Below, in pieces: positions 33,021 to 42,085 of a DNA stretch of 64,000 nt. Numbering within the stretch: position 1 is the stretch's first letter; every line of letters begins with the position of its first letter. The notes under the pieces are model-generated. The model was not told the origin of the DNA. It did no database searches and saw only the letters and a program-made list of their open reading frames with translations. The translations under genes and the position numbers were made by a program. This stretch comes from Candidatus Nanohaloarchaea archaeon (GTDB lineage Archaea; Nanohalarchaeota; Nanosalinia; Nanosalinales; Nanosalinaceae), in contig JBDGRK010000018.1 in assembly GCA_042218075.1 (NCBI GenBank), positions 1,388-65,387 of the forward strand, given 5' to 3'.

Positions 33021-34234
33021 ACTCGTTTACTTCGAAGCATCTCTTTTATAATCGCTGATAGAGTGAAGAAACCCTGGATCGCGAAGAACCAGAGGAAGTA
33101 AACCATTACCGCCAGCGGATTTCTAACTTTCTTTCCTCCCGCCCTGTAAGCAGTCCTGATCATTACAGCCGAGATCACCATCCCGATCAGGAGAGGAACG
33201 TATATCTTGAACTGGAGTCCCAGTAAAATCCTGGATAGACTCATTGCCTCCAGGCTGGGAAGCTGAAACCCGACAGCGGAATAGCTTACAGCCATATTGA
33301 AGATGGATTCACCGAACCCGAATATTACAAGAACTAGTGAGGCTGAGGCCAGAAGGGGTGAGATAACGTGTACAGGTAGCTGCCACCTGCCGAACCATCC
33401 ATAATCTGAGTCCAGGAACATCTCCCTGTGCTTTATCGAGTTAACTATAGATCCTCTCTTCCATCGGACTCTCTGCCTGTAAAGGTCTCGAAAGCTCTCC
33501 GGGAACTCCGTCCTGGACTCGGCAGAGTACACCATTTCAAGGTTCCTGCCAAGTTTCCTGAGCCTCCATGCCATCTCGAGGTCTTCAGTAGGATTGCCCT
33601 CGTCGAAGCCTCCAACCTTTTCAAGGTCGGAGGTCCTGTAGAGGGAGAAAGCGCCGGGTGTAACGTCCAGTGTCTCGATCGAGGACATCAGGTTCCTGTA
33701 GAAGTTGGTCATCTGGTACTGGACTCTCTGTAGCTTCCTGACGAAGGTATCGGATTCAAAGTTCTGTATCGCTCCTATAACCGCTCCGAGCTCCGGATCG
33801 TGCTGGAATTTCCTCAACCCTTTTCTCAGAAGATTGGAATGGATCACAGTATCCGCGTCCTGCACAACCGCGTACTCAGAGTCTATCTCTTCAAGTCCCC
33901 TGTTCAGTGCCTGCGCCTTTCCTTCATTTTTCTCCTTCTCGATTATCTCAAGTCTTTCACTCTCCTCGAAGCTTCTAGCCTTTTCAAGAGTTGAGTCAGT
34001 CGATCCATCATCTATCATTAACACTTTAAGCGGCGAGTAATCGATTTCCAGTGCGCTCTCCAGCGCATCCTCGATAGTCTTCTCCTCGTTGTAAGCCGGT
34101 ATAAGTATTGAAACTGATGGATATGAATCCAGTTCCGGTAAACTCCCCTGCTGCCTGTTCATGAAAATATTCAGGTAGAAAAGCGCAAGGAAAGTTGCCC
34201 CGCCTATCAGCAGCCATGCAAGAAGAAAGAACAT
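33011..34234 (-). CDS. Processive family-2 glycosyltransferase (IcaA/PgaC/cellulose-synthase-like)
   Basis: VSILIPAYNEEKTIEDAL, MIDDGSTDST, VVQDADT, YRQRVRWKRG (QxxRW), plus C-terminal TM helices. Confidence 0.85.
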   Translation of the reverse strand: MFFLLAWLLIGGATFLALFYLNIFMNRQQGSLPELDSYPSVSILIPAYNEEKTIEDALESALEIDYSPLKVLMIDDGSTDSTLEKARSFEESERLEIIEKEKNEGKAQALNRGLEEIDSEYAVVQDADTVIHSNLLRKGLRKFQHDPELGAVIGAIQNFESDTFVRKLQRVQYQMTNFYRNLMSSIETLDVTPGAFSLYRTSDLEKVGGFDEGNPTEDLEMAWRLRKLGRNLEMVYSAESRTEFPESFRDLYRQRVRWKRGSIVNSIKHREMFLDSDYGWFGRWQLPVHVISPLLASASLVLVIFGFGESIFNMAVSYSAVGFQLPSLEAMSLSRILLGLQFKIYVPLLIGMVISAVMIRTAYRAGGKKVRNPLAVMVYFLWFFAIQGFFTLSAIIKEMLRSKRVWN

Positions 34235-34313
34235 TTTTTTGCACCACTGGAAAATCTTTGATCCCTCTATTTTTTATCATGTTGGTACAGTAGAGCGCAT
34301 GATGTGAACTAGA

Positions 34314-35471
34314 TCAGCTGTTCTTCATAATCTCTCTAAGGAAAACCGTGGCGTAGGCTCCCTTCGGAAGATCGAACTTTACGGTCATCATGTTCTTGTT
34401 CATGTTGAGATTGTCGTCTCCGATGTCAAGTACCTCAAAGTTCCGGAAGTCTGCGAACGCCCTCCTGTAACTCCCCTCCGACCTCAGTTCCGGGAAGTCC
34501 TGAAGCCTGAAATCTTCCTGGTCGACCCCCTCCTCCTCAAGCACTTCTTCTATCAGGTTCTCCGGCTTCTCATCCTTCAGCTCAGTCTTGTAACCTACGA
34601 GAGGGATCTCGTACTTTGGATCAAACCAATCTTCTTCGATCAGCTGCGAAAGCACCCGGTTGTAGACCCATGCCTGGTATGCGTGGATGAAAAGCTGCTG
34701 GAGGCCGTCCGGAAGTCTCTTCAGAGCACCCCTGTAGTCTTCTTCATTCTTTGTCAGGTGGTACAGCAGTGCTTTCTCATACCTGTACTGCTTCGGAAAC
34801 TTCTCAGCCGCGTCTTCTACTTCCCTGGTGTCCCAGAGCTCCTGCCTTATCTTCCTTATGCTCTTGTACTCCTGGTCGTATGGCTTCGCGATGTAGGTCC
34901 AGACCGCTTCCTCGAACTCTCCCCTCAGAATGTGTCTTCCGACCTGGTGGGTTATCGGTCGCGAGGAACCGAACCTCTGCCGCCCGAAGTAATTTGGAAA
35001 CTTTCCCTCAAGCTCATCCACGATTTTCAGTGTCCTGTCCCTGAGGTCCTCTATAGGCAGAGCCAGCTGCCTGACATTTATCTCGAACCTGTTCGCGTTC
35101 AGGTTGCCAAGTCCGATGTAACCGTTCCTGCCGACGACTTCAAGCTCAAACTCGTCTGTAAAAATCTGGTTGACATCCTCTTGGGAAACTCCCTGTATCG
35201 AGATGTACTGCTCCGTCACCGCTCTCTTATCCTTGTTGCCGGCGTAGCCGATCCTGTCCTTCGAGATGTGTAGCATGTTGGAGAGCTTGTCTATCCCCTC
35301 CATCGTGGTCATGTTCTGCTTCCTCAGTTTCACTATCAGGTGATCGCCTTCTTCGTCCGTCTGATGTGAAGCCAGTTCTGTGACTATGAAGTCGTTTACC
35401 TGTTCCTTTATCTCTCCCTTAATTCCCGGGAGTTCAGTGTAATAGTTCCAGTCCATTATCCTGTTTTCCAT
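34314..35471 (-). CDS. truD: tRNA pseudouridine(13) synthase TruD
   Basis: IGYAGNKDKRAVTEQYISI is the TruD signature. Start taken at ATG 35471 (MENRIMDWNYY) to avoid overlap with pth. Confidence 0.85.
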   Translation of the reverse strand: MENRIMDWNYYTELPGIKGEIKEQVNDFIVTELASHQTDEEGDHLIVKLRKQNMTTMEGIDKLSNMLHISKDRIGYAGNKDKRAVTEQYISIQGVSQEDVNQIFTDEFELEVVGRNGYIGLGNLNANRFEINVRQLALPIEDLRDRTLKIVDELEGKFPNYFGRQRFGSSRPITHQVGRHILRGEFEEAVWTYIAKPYDQEYKSIRKIRQELWDTREVEDAAEKFPKQYRYEKALLYHLTKNEEDYRGALKRLPDGLQQLFIHAYQAWVYNRVLSQLIEEDWFDPKYEIPLVGYKTELKDEKPENLIEEVLEEEGVDQEDFRLQDFPELRSEGSYRRAFADFRNFEVLDIGDDNLNMNKNMMTVKFDLPKGAYATVFLREIMKNS

Positions 35472-35517
35472 CGTTCCACCCTGAAATATTGCAACCCAAC
35501 TTTTGAAACACCCCGGG

Positions 35518-35865
35518 TCACTCCAGTAGCTGGAGTTCACCGGTGATTTGATCTATTTTTCCCGATTTTGCCGGCCCTATCGCCACCGCCGTTTTACTTC
35601 CCTCGTCGATTTCCGTCCTGCCCGCGTCCCTGACCTTATGAGCGGATAAATTGTTTCTCTCGGCCTCGGCATATAAATCTTCCATATCTCTGCCACCCGA
35701 AGAGAGTACTACTTTCGGAGAACCCTTTACCTCCCACTCCGATTTCACATCTTCGGAAACTTTTTCAACAGCCTTGAGGGAAGCATGGGCTACCTGAGCT
35801 GCAGTCTTCCCTCTTGACATGTTCAGCCGGGAATTCACCACAATAACCTGTTTGATATCTGACAT
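35518..35865 (-). CDS. pth: Archaeal-type peptidyl-tRNA hydrolase (Pth2)
   Basis: KQVIVVNSRLNMSRGKTAAQVAHASL...DAGRTEIDEGSKTAVAIGP. Confidence 0.9.
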   Translation of the reverse strand: MSDIKQVIVVNSRLNMSRGKTAAQVAHASLKAVEKVSEDVKSEWEVKGSPKVVLSSGGRDMEDLYAEAERNNLSAHKVRDAGRTEIDEGSKTAVAIGPAKSGKIDQITGELQLLE

Positions 35866-35943
35866 TTATCTGCCCTATTACATAATAACTCATGAAGTTT
35901 TTAATACTTATTGGTGACAACGGAAATTAACCTTTTTCTGAAA

Positions 35944-36057
35944 TGGGTTCGCCCGGATTCGAACCGGGGATCTTCGCCTTGTAAGGGCGACGTCATGATC
36001 CGGATCAGAACTCGTCTCTTAGACTGATACCCGGATAACCAACTAGACCACGAACCC
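35944..36057 (-). tRNA. tRNA-Val (anticodon UAC) with a ~40-nt intron in the D-loop region (about 35995-36034)
   Basis: The reverse complement reads GGGUUCGUGGUCUAGUUGGUUAU[CCGGGUAUCAG...CUGAUCCGGAUCAU]GACGUCGCCCUUACAAGGCGAAGAUCCCCGGUUCGAAUCCGGGCGAACCCA. The acceptor, anticodon and T arms are all canonical. Confidence 0.8.
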
Positions 36058-37032
36058 AAAGTTTGGTATACTAAAGTCGTCTTCTACTGAATTTTTAATG
36101 ATTTCCGACCCCGCTGCTGGTAACCTATCATTTTCCATGTAGAAGATATACCTTTTAATATTACGAGAATTACTGCTTCCTATTTCTCGATAGAAATCTC
36201 GTATATTTTCATAACCATAAGCCTGAAACTTATTATTTGAGAGTTTTAATGGTAAATCCAATATTTTAATTGCTTCAATCAAGAATTCACGGATCGAAGA
36301 ATTCATTGATGTTATATCAGCCATAATTTCTGAGTTAGGATGCGAGTATATTCCTCCATCGGTATCAAACAACCCTCTAACAACACTGCCAACCAGCCCG
36401 CTATTATAAAGAACTTCAGGTATTCTAAATTCGGCCTCCTTCTTTTCACCCTTTACAAATCCGGAATTAATCAAAAATTCTGCAACTTTACGGCTATTAA
36501 TTATAAGTCTAACCACATTTTCACCTTCACTAAAATAGAATTTAGGCTCGATATCAAAAATTGAGCGGCATAGATCGGCTAAATACCCTAAATATTCTTC
36601 ATCCAGGTCTGAATTACCCGAAATACAGACTGTATTCATATCGGAATATATACAACCATCCCCTAAAAGAGCACCATAGAACTCCGCCAATTCTGGACTC
36701 CATGTTTCAGGTATCTCTCCTCTTCTATTTGATATTTTCCCTCCCTTTCTCTGCCCATGCCAAGTTTGTTTGAACTCTTTTTCTACATTTTCCCCAGTTA
36801 TTTTTTCTAATCTTCTAACAATAGATAGCGGTAAAGAATCAGATTCTTTCCTCCAAGTTCTCCTTACTGTATATTCGGATACACCAAATTCTTCTCCAAA
36901 CTCTTTCCAAGTACATTCTTTTGCTTTCTTGGCTTCATTAATTAGACTTCTAATTTGTTTTTGGTTATCAAAAAAGACTCTTTGTTCTCTAAAACGGCCA
37001 TCAGTCGTTCTATTCGCTTTTACATCATTCAT
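36043..37032 (-). CDS. Free-standing LAGLIDADG-family protein with an N-terminal HTH
   Basis: FYGALLGDGCIY and VVRGLFDTDGGIY motifs. The segment is visibly AT-rich. Its stop lies 15 nt inside the 5' end of tRNA-Val. Confidence 0.75.
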   Translation of the reverse strand: MNDVKANRTTDGRFREQRVFFDNQKQIRSLINEAKKAKECTWKEFGEEFGVSEYTVRRTWRKESDSLPLSIVRRLEKITGENVEKEFKQTWHGQRKGGKISNRRGEIPETWSPELAEFYGALLGDGCIYSDMNTVCISGNSDLDEEYLGYLADLCRSIFDIEPKFYFSEGENVVRLIINSRKVAEFLINSGFVKGEKKEAEFRIPEVLYNSGLVGSVVRGLFDTDGGIYSHPNSEIMADITSMNSSIREFLIEAIKILDLPLKLSNNKFQAYGYENIRDFYREIGSSNSRNIKRYIFYMENDRLPAAGSEIIKNSVEDDFSIPNFGFVV

Positions 37033-37068
37033 AAAGTAAACTAATGTTTAAAAATATTATATTTCTTG

Positions 37069-38922
37069 CTAGATCTCTTCTCCCAGGATAGGGTCGAAAA
37101 CCTTCTCTCCCCTCGAATAATAGGGATAGTATACAATCCTTTCCGGCTCGATTCCCAGATCCTCCGGTTGCATCTCGATCTCTATCATTTTATCTTTCTC
37201 AACTTTCTCAGAATCTATACTCCTGTCAAATACCGTTTCAACCGGTTCGTTATCCTCGTCGATCCTCTGCTTCTGCTTCAGCGAATCAAAAACTGACGTC
37301 ACCTTAGAAATATTTAAGTCGAGCTCATCCATCACTCCGCTCTTATCTCTTCCTTCCGATAATAATTCCAGTACCTGTTGCTCCGTTCCCTCCGCTCTTT
37401 CGACCTCCGCCTTTTTCCCTCCCTTTACCGCATCGTAGAGAATTCTCTTTTTACCTCCATCAACCTCGTAAAGTGGATAATAGGCTTGATCGTATTTCTC
37501 ACCCTTCCTTGATTCCAGCTCCTCCAGCGATATCCCGGGTTCGAACACGAACACATCCTTCCTCTCAGAGTAGTTCTCCGCTGTCTGTGTCTCACCTCCA
37601 TGTTTCGACCTCCTGATTCTAACGTCGGTCATTACAGGGTACTCGTTGCCTAGAAGAAAACAGACTCCGGGAGGCAGGGACTTGATCATTGATTCAACCT
37701 CGGATGTCACGCCCTCGAAAGATTTGGAAATCGCCTTAAGGTCGTTCGGGTTGGTAACGCGGAGTATAAACTGGGTGTTGCACTGGCTGAGCACGTTTTT
37801 ATCAATTCTCGCCGGCCTCTGGGAGATGACTCCAAGGCCGAGGCCGAACTTCCTTCCCTCCGAGGCAATCTTCCTCAGTATCTTGTTGCTCAGTGCCTGT
37901 TCAAAACCTTTCTCAGGCGCAAAGTTGTGGGCTTCCTCAATCACCATCAAGAAGGGGGGTATCCTATCTTTCTTCCTCAGCTCAAACATCCTCTTCGCCA
38001 GGAGGAACATCGCCATCTCCGCGGTTTCCGGCTCCACCGCCTTCAGGTTTACGACCGTGGCCTCCCCCGGCTCCAGCAGATCCTGAAGTTCGATCGCATC
38101 TTCGGAGAAAAGCCCGGAGTTCTCCATCTGCTCCATCGAATTAAGCAGGTTCCACTTGGCCGTCGATTCTTCATGGGAAACCGCCTCCATGATATCCTTC
38201 AGGCTGTAATCCTCATCCTTCTCTCTCAACCTCTTCAGCGAGTTGTATAGAACCCCCATCTGTGAATTCGTCAGGGATTCCGGTATTACTTCCAGGAGCT
38301 CCTTTTTCCCCATGTTCTTGGAAGAAAAAGACAGTTTCAGAGCCTCTCTATTGATATCAGTGTTTGGCGAGTACTCTGTGATTTCATATCCCTTCGGATC
38401 CTCGCTATCCGGGTTAGGTTCCCTCAGCGATGAATACTCTCCATGCGGATCGATCACCATCACCGGGAGATCCTTCTCCAGCATTTCTTCGATCAAGACC
38501 CCTGTGAGATACGATTTCCCGGCTCCGGTCTGTGCCAGCACTGCAAAGTGCTTGTAGAAATCCTCCCTGTTGACATGTATGTCAATTTCTCCGTTGGTCT
38601 CCAGGTGTCCGATCCTCAGGCCTTCATCTTCCAGCCCAAGCGTATCTGAAATCAGTTCCTGGTCAGCCGCGTAGACTATCGATCCCGGCTCAATTACTCG
38701 CCTCGGAGCCTTTGTCAGTCCCTTGTCCCTATAACCGATTATATTGGCATCCGCGAGGGTTTCGCCGTCCGGCTTCTTGGTCACCTGCTCGACCTGGGCC
38801 AGTATCCAGTTATCGTCGCTCTTCACCGAGACAAAGTCGAACTTCTTCACCTCTTCAGTCGCCCTGAAGGAGAAACTCGACGTATCTACATCTCCCTCAA
38901 TCGTTCCCAGCTGCATAGGCAA
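37069..38922 (-). CDS. HerA-like (DUF87) ATPase/helicase
   Basis: HFAVLAQTGAGKSYLTGVLIEEML (Walker A), PFLMVIEEAHNFAP (Walker B), GLGVISQRPARID. Confidence 0.8.
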   Translation of the reverse strand: MPMQLGTIEGDVDTSSFSFRATEEVKKFDFVSVKSDDNWILAQVEQVTKKPDGETLADANIIGYRDKGLTKAPRRVIEPGSIVYAADQELISDTLGLEDEGLRIGHLETNGEIDIHVNREDFYKHFAVLAQTGAGKSYLTGVLIEEMLEKDLPVMVIDPHGEYSSLREPNPDSEDPKGYEITEYSPNTDINREALKLSFSSKNMGKKELLEVIPESLTNSQMGVLYNSLKRLREKDEDYSLKDIMEAVSHEESTAKWNLLNSMEQMENSGLFSEDAIELQDLLEPGEATVVNLKAVEPETAEMAMFLLAKRMFELRKKDRIPPFLMVIEEAHNFAPEKGFEQALSNKILRKIASEGRKFGLGLGVISQRPARIDKNVLSQCNTQFILRVTNPNDLKAISKSFEGVTSEVESMIKSLPPGVCFLLGNEYPVMTDVRIRRSKHGGETQTAENYSERKDVFVFEPGISLEELESRKGEKYDQAYYPLYEVDGGKKRILYDAVKGGKKAEVERAEGTEQQVLELLSEGRDKSGVMDELDLNISKVTSVFDSLKQKQRIDEDNEPVETVFDRSIDSEKVEKDKMIEIEMQPEDLGIEPERIVYYPYYSRGEKVFDPILGEEI

Positions 38923-38978
38923 AGATTTCCGGTGGAAGATTCATAAATTAAGCTGCAGGATTGCGATAATTTAAGAAG

Positions 38979-39440
38979 GTGAAGCACGACAGGAACTTCA
39001 TGGAGGCGGAAATCAGCGAGGGTCTGAGGCACAACCTGATCTATCTGGGTATAATTCTGGTAATGATAGCAGGATTCGCCGCTACCAAGAACCTTGTAAC
39101 TCCGGAAGAACCGGTGAAGGTCGGTTACACTGAAGTCCACACTGACTGTGTAGGGATGGATGCGGGCTTCTGCCTGGGGATGCAGAAGAGGGATCACGTA
39201 ACCTACAACTACGATAATTATACAGAAGTTAAGCCAGGGACTGAAAACTTTTACAGGCGGGTAGAGTCGGAACTGATGATCAGAGCCTACAATACCTGCG
39301 ATCACTCCATGTCGGGAATGGAATGGACCTCGGAAGTAAGCTACAGGAACAGGACAGCATCAGAGTGGATGCAGAGCCCTAATGTGCAGCTGCTTCCATG
39401 CGAGAAGACTTTCTACAGGAATCTGACAGCCTCGAGATGA
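38979..39440 (+). CDS. Hypothetical membrane-anchored protein
   Basis: One TM segment, LIYLGIILVMIAGFAAT. Several Cys residues. No motif recognised. Confidence 0.4.
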   Translation: MKHDRNFMEAEISEGLRHNLIYLGIILVMIAGFAATKNLVTPEEPVKVGYTEVHTDCVGMDAGFCLGMQKRDHVTYNYDNYTEVKPGTENFYRRVESELMIRAYNTCDHSMSGMEWTSEVSYRNRTASEWMQSPNVQLLPCEKTFYRNLTASR

Positions 39441-39486
39441 TTTCTTTAAAAATTTTCCTGCTTCATAAGCTTTCAAGGTGCAAAAA

Positions 39487-39978
39487 ATGAACGAGGGAGA
39501 ATACGTGGAGAGAACATTTGTCGCTATCAAACCGGACGCTGTGAAGAGAGGATTGATTGGAGAAATCGTATCAGTGTTAGAGGACGCCGGCTTCAAGATA
39601 ATGGGTATGAAGATGGTCCAGGCTACAGACCAACTTCTGGAGCAGCACTACGCTGAACACGTTGACAAGCCTTTCTACGAGGGACTCGCTGAATACATGA
39701 AACAGGGGCCGATAGTTGCGATGGTTCTTGAAGGCGTTCACGCACAGGAGAACCTCAGGAAGATCGTGGGAGATACTTCCAACCGGGAGGCGCATCCCGC
39801 CACCATCAGGGGAAGGTTCGCCCACATGTCGATGGAGCACGCTGACGCGGAGGGGAAGAAATACAAGAATATTATACACGCTGCTGAATCTGGAGAAGCG
39901 GAGCGCGAGATAGAGATCTGGTTCGAGGAAGAAGAACTACACGACTACCAAACGGTTCACGAGACAGAAGTACAGTAA
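39487..39978 (+). CDS. ndk: Nucleoside diphosphate kinase
   Basis: ERTFVAIKPDAVKRGLIGEIVSVLEDAGFKIMGMKMV...TIRGRFA...NIIHAAES. Confidence 0.9.
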   Translation: MNEGEYVERTFVAIKPDAVKRGLIGEIVSVLEDAGFKIMGMKMVQATDQLLEQHYAEHVDKPFYEGLAEYMKQGPIVAMVLEGVHAQENLRKIVGDTSNREAHPATIRGRFAHMSMEHADAEGKKYKNIIHAAESGEAEREIEIWFEEEELHDYQTVHETEVQ

Positions 39979-39983
39979 ATAAA

Positions 39984-40094
39984 AAGCGACGGATGATGAG
40001 CCCTGCGGGCAACTGCAGCGGCAGTTGGCAGCGCTGACCGGCCATGCCGGTCATATGTGAACTGGCAGCAGTTCTTTGAGTGCTGACGTCGCTT
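39984..40094 (+). ncRNA. Candidate box C/D (K-turn) small RNA, unusually long and internally structured
   Basis: 8-bp terminal stem AAGCGACG/CGUCGCUU, immediately flanking AUGAUGA (39993-39999) and CUGA (40083-40086). Internal CUGA at 40034-40037. Four perfect internal hairpins. A GC-rich island between convergent genes. Confidence 0.45.
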
Positions 40095-40107
40095 AAAATC
40101 TGTCTTC

Positions 40108-40400
40108 TTAATCCCGATCTATCTCCTTACCCACTATTTCTTCCTCAAGATCAATCGCTGTCTGTATGAGATAGTCTCCAAGTTCACGTCCTCTTCCCTC
40201 CGGTAAATCTCTCTCGCTGAAGAGACGTTCAAACTCCTCTTTAACCTCTTCCTCCCTTTCCCTATCGATAATATCCATGTCGTTCTGATGCTTGTACTCC
40301 GCTACTTTGACCACCAGCTCCATCTTTCATCCACGATATCGACGATTTCTTCGTTAAGTTCGTCAAGATCCTCCCTTATCTGATCCAGGTCTAAACTCAT
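40108..40400 (-). pseudogene. Chorismate-mutase-like (AroQ) gene split by a 1-nt frameshift
   Basis: MSLDLDQIREDLDELNEEIVDIVDER (frame A) continues as MELVVKVAEYKHQNDMDIIDREREEEVKEEFERLF (frame B, ORF 40108-40323). Together they match the AroQ helix pattern. Confidence 0.4.
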
Positions 40401-40412
40401 TTTTCTCCTCCT

Positions 40413-42074
40413 CTAGTCTTTCTTTTCGGTTTTCAGATAATTCTCCAATTTATACACATTTAGTTCGAATCCGGAAACCGGCTGTTCAAGTTCCCAGTCT
40501 TCAAGCACTTCCCCGGATAATTCACCTATTATACCTATCCTCTCTCCTCTACATCTGATCTCGCCCTGTCTTCCCTGCCTGAAACAGTCTTTCCCAACAT
40601 CTCTTACCTCCAGCTGAATACCTAAATCCCTTTCCAGAACCTGTAGAACTTCTCTAGCGTCTGTGAAATCTGCATCTCCATGAGATTCGACGTAGGCAAG
40701 TTTCCTACAGTTTCTCACACCGGTGTATGATGATTCTGAGGGTATTGAGACATCATCAACCTCAAAGAACTTCTGCGGGTAACTTCTATGCTTATTTCTC
40801 TTCAGCACATTCATCATGCTTGGTAACAGCCAGTTCCTCACAACAGTGTAATCCTCGGTTAATGCATTGCTCATCTCGGCAACCTCTTTTTCTTCGACAT
40901 TCATTCTCTTGAAAAGTTTCTCTTTGTTCGAGAGTATGTAAGTATTTGTCTCAAGTGCACCTGTTCCCTGAAGTACATCCCTCAAAATATTGCTGAAATC
41001 GCTTAATTGGTTTTCTTCAGCAGTCTGATCAACCTCAGGCAGTTCAGGCTGAATATTATCATACCTGTGCGCGATAACTATATCCTCTATCAGGTCATAC
41101 TGATGCATTATGTCGGTCCTGTAAGCCGGTACCTCAACCTTTATCTCATCACCCGCTTCCGCACCGAACTTCATCTGCTTCAGTCTATCCATCATCTCCG
41201 ATCTGGAAAGTTCAAGCCCTGAAATTCTATTGGCATATTCGGGATCGATCTTCCATTCCCCTGGGGAAAGCTCCGGCATTTTTTCACCATCTAATTCAAC
41301 TGACTCGATAACTCCTCCCCGCTCTTCCAGAGCAGTGACCAGAATGTTAAGCGCCTTTACAACCGATTTCCTATCATTCCCGGTAACATCTATGAAAATC
41401 TCACTCGTCCCTGTATCTACTTCGGTCAGCTGGTTGTTTATTATGGGGGGAAAACTAAGCACCTTGCCCTCCGAATCCTCGATAATTGGATATCTATCAT
41501 TATCCTCCAGTATCCAGGAGTACTTTATCCCTTTCTCGTGCTCGCTCAGGATTTCACCCAGCTGCATATGGCTGTCGTATTCCAGCGGTTTGAAGCTGAC
41601 CTTTTCGGGCTCGACCGCCCTGTAGGTGAAAGGAGGTTCTAAAACTGAGAGATCGTGAAGCCCAATAGCGAGTTTCTCCCTTCTTCTTCCTATCGTCTCG
41701 TGCAGCTTTTCCTGCATCTGGATGAGTCCGTTTATCATCCTGTCTGAAAGTTCTAAATTCCTGACAACAGCCCCGGCTATAACCGGCCTTACTTCATCTA
41801 CCGATTCATGGATATCTACAGATATATCGCCTCTTTTCACATTGTAACCCTCTATACCTGTATCAACGCCAAAGAATCCTCTGTAGGCTCTTGCCAGACC
41901 TTCAACCGATAGAAGATCTGGCCTGTTTGGATATACTTCTACATCCCATTTTTCACCTTCTACATGGTTCCAGTGGACTCCCAGAAAAGAAGCCTCCTCG
42001 TCCAGTCGCTGTTCCTCTATTTTTTGTCCAACCAGTTCATCGAATTCTCTCTTGTTGATCTTGATGTGCGCCAT
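40413..42074 (-). CDS. pheT: Phenylalanine--tRNA ligase beta subunit (archaeal type)
   Basis: The length and ...YPNRPDLLSVEGLARA...TSEIFIDVTG... pattern fit. It is adjacent to pheS. Confidence 0.9.
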   Translation of the reverse strand: MAHIKINKREFDELVGQKIEEQRLDEEASFLGVHWNHVEGEKWDVEVYPNRPDLLSVEGLARAYRGFFGVDTGIEGYNVKRGDISVDIHESVDEVRPVIAGAVVRNLELSDRMINGLIQMQEKLHETIGRRREKLAIGLHDLSVLEPPFTYRAVEPEKVSFKPLEYDSHMQLGEILSEHEKGIKYSWILEDNDRYPIIEDSEGKVLSFPPIINNQLTEVDTGTSEIFIDVTGNDRKSVVKALNILVTALEERGGVIESVELDGEKMPELSPGEWKIDPEYANRISGLELSRSEMMDRLKQMKFGAEAGDEIKVEVPAYRTDIMHQYDLIEDIVIAHRYDNIQPELPEVDQTAEENQLSDFSNILRDVLQGTGALETNTYILSNKEKLFKRMNVEEKEVAEMSNALTEDYTVVRNWLLPSMMNVLKRNKHRSYPQKFFEVDDVSIPSESSYTGVRNCRKLAYVESHGDADFTDAREVLQVLERDLGIQLEVRDVGKDCFRQGRQGEIRCRGERIGIIGELSGEVLEDWELEQPVSGFELNVYKLENYLKTEKKD

Positions 42075-42085
42075 TCACAATCACC

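Noticed and set aside
37069-38922. A HerA-NurA or other HerA-associated defence or repair system.
   Set aside because: No NurA-, Mre11- or Rad50-like gene and no other partner is adjacent. The neighbours are a LAGLIDADG ORF and an unrelated membrane protein, so only the single gene is called.
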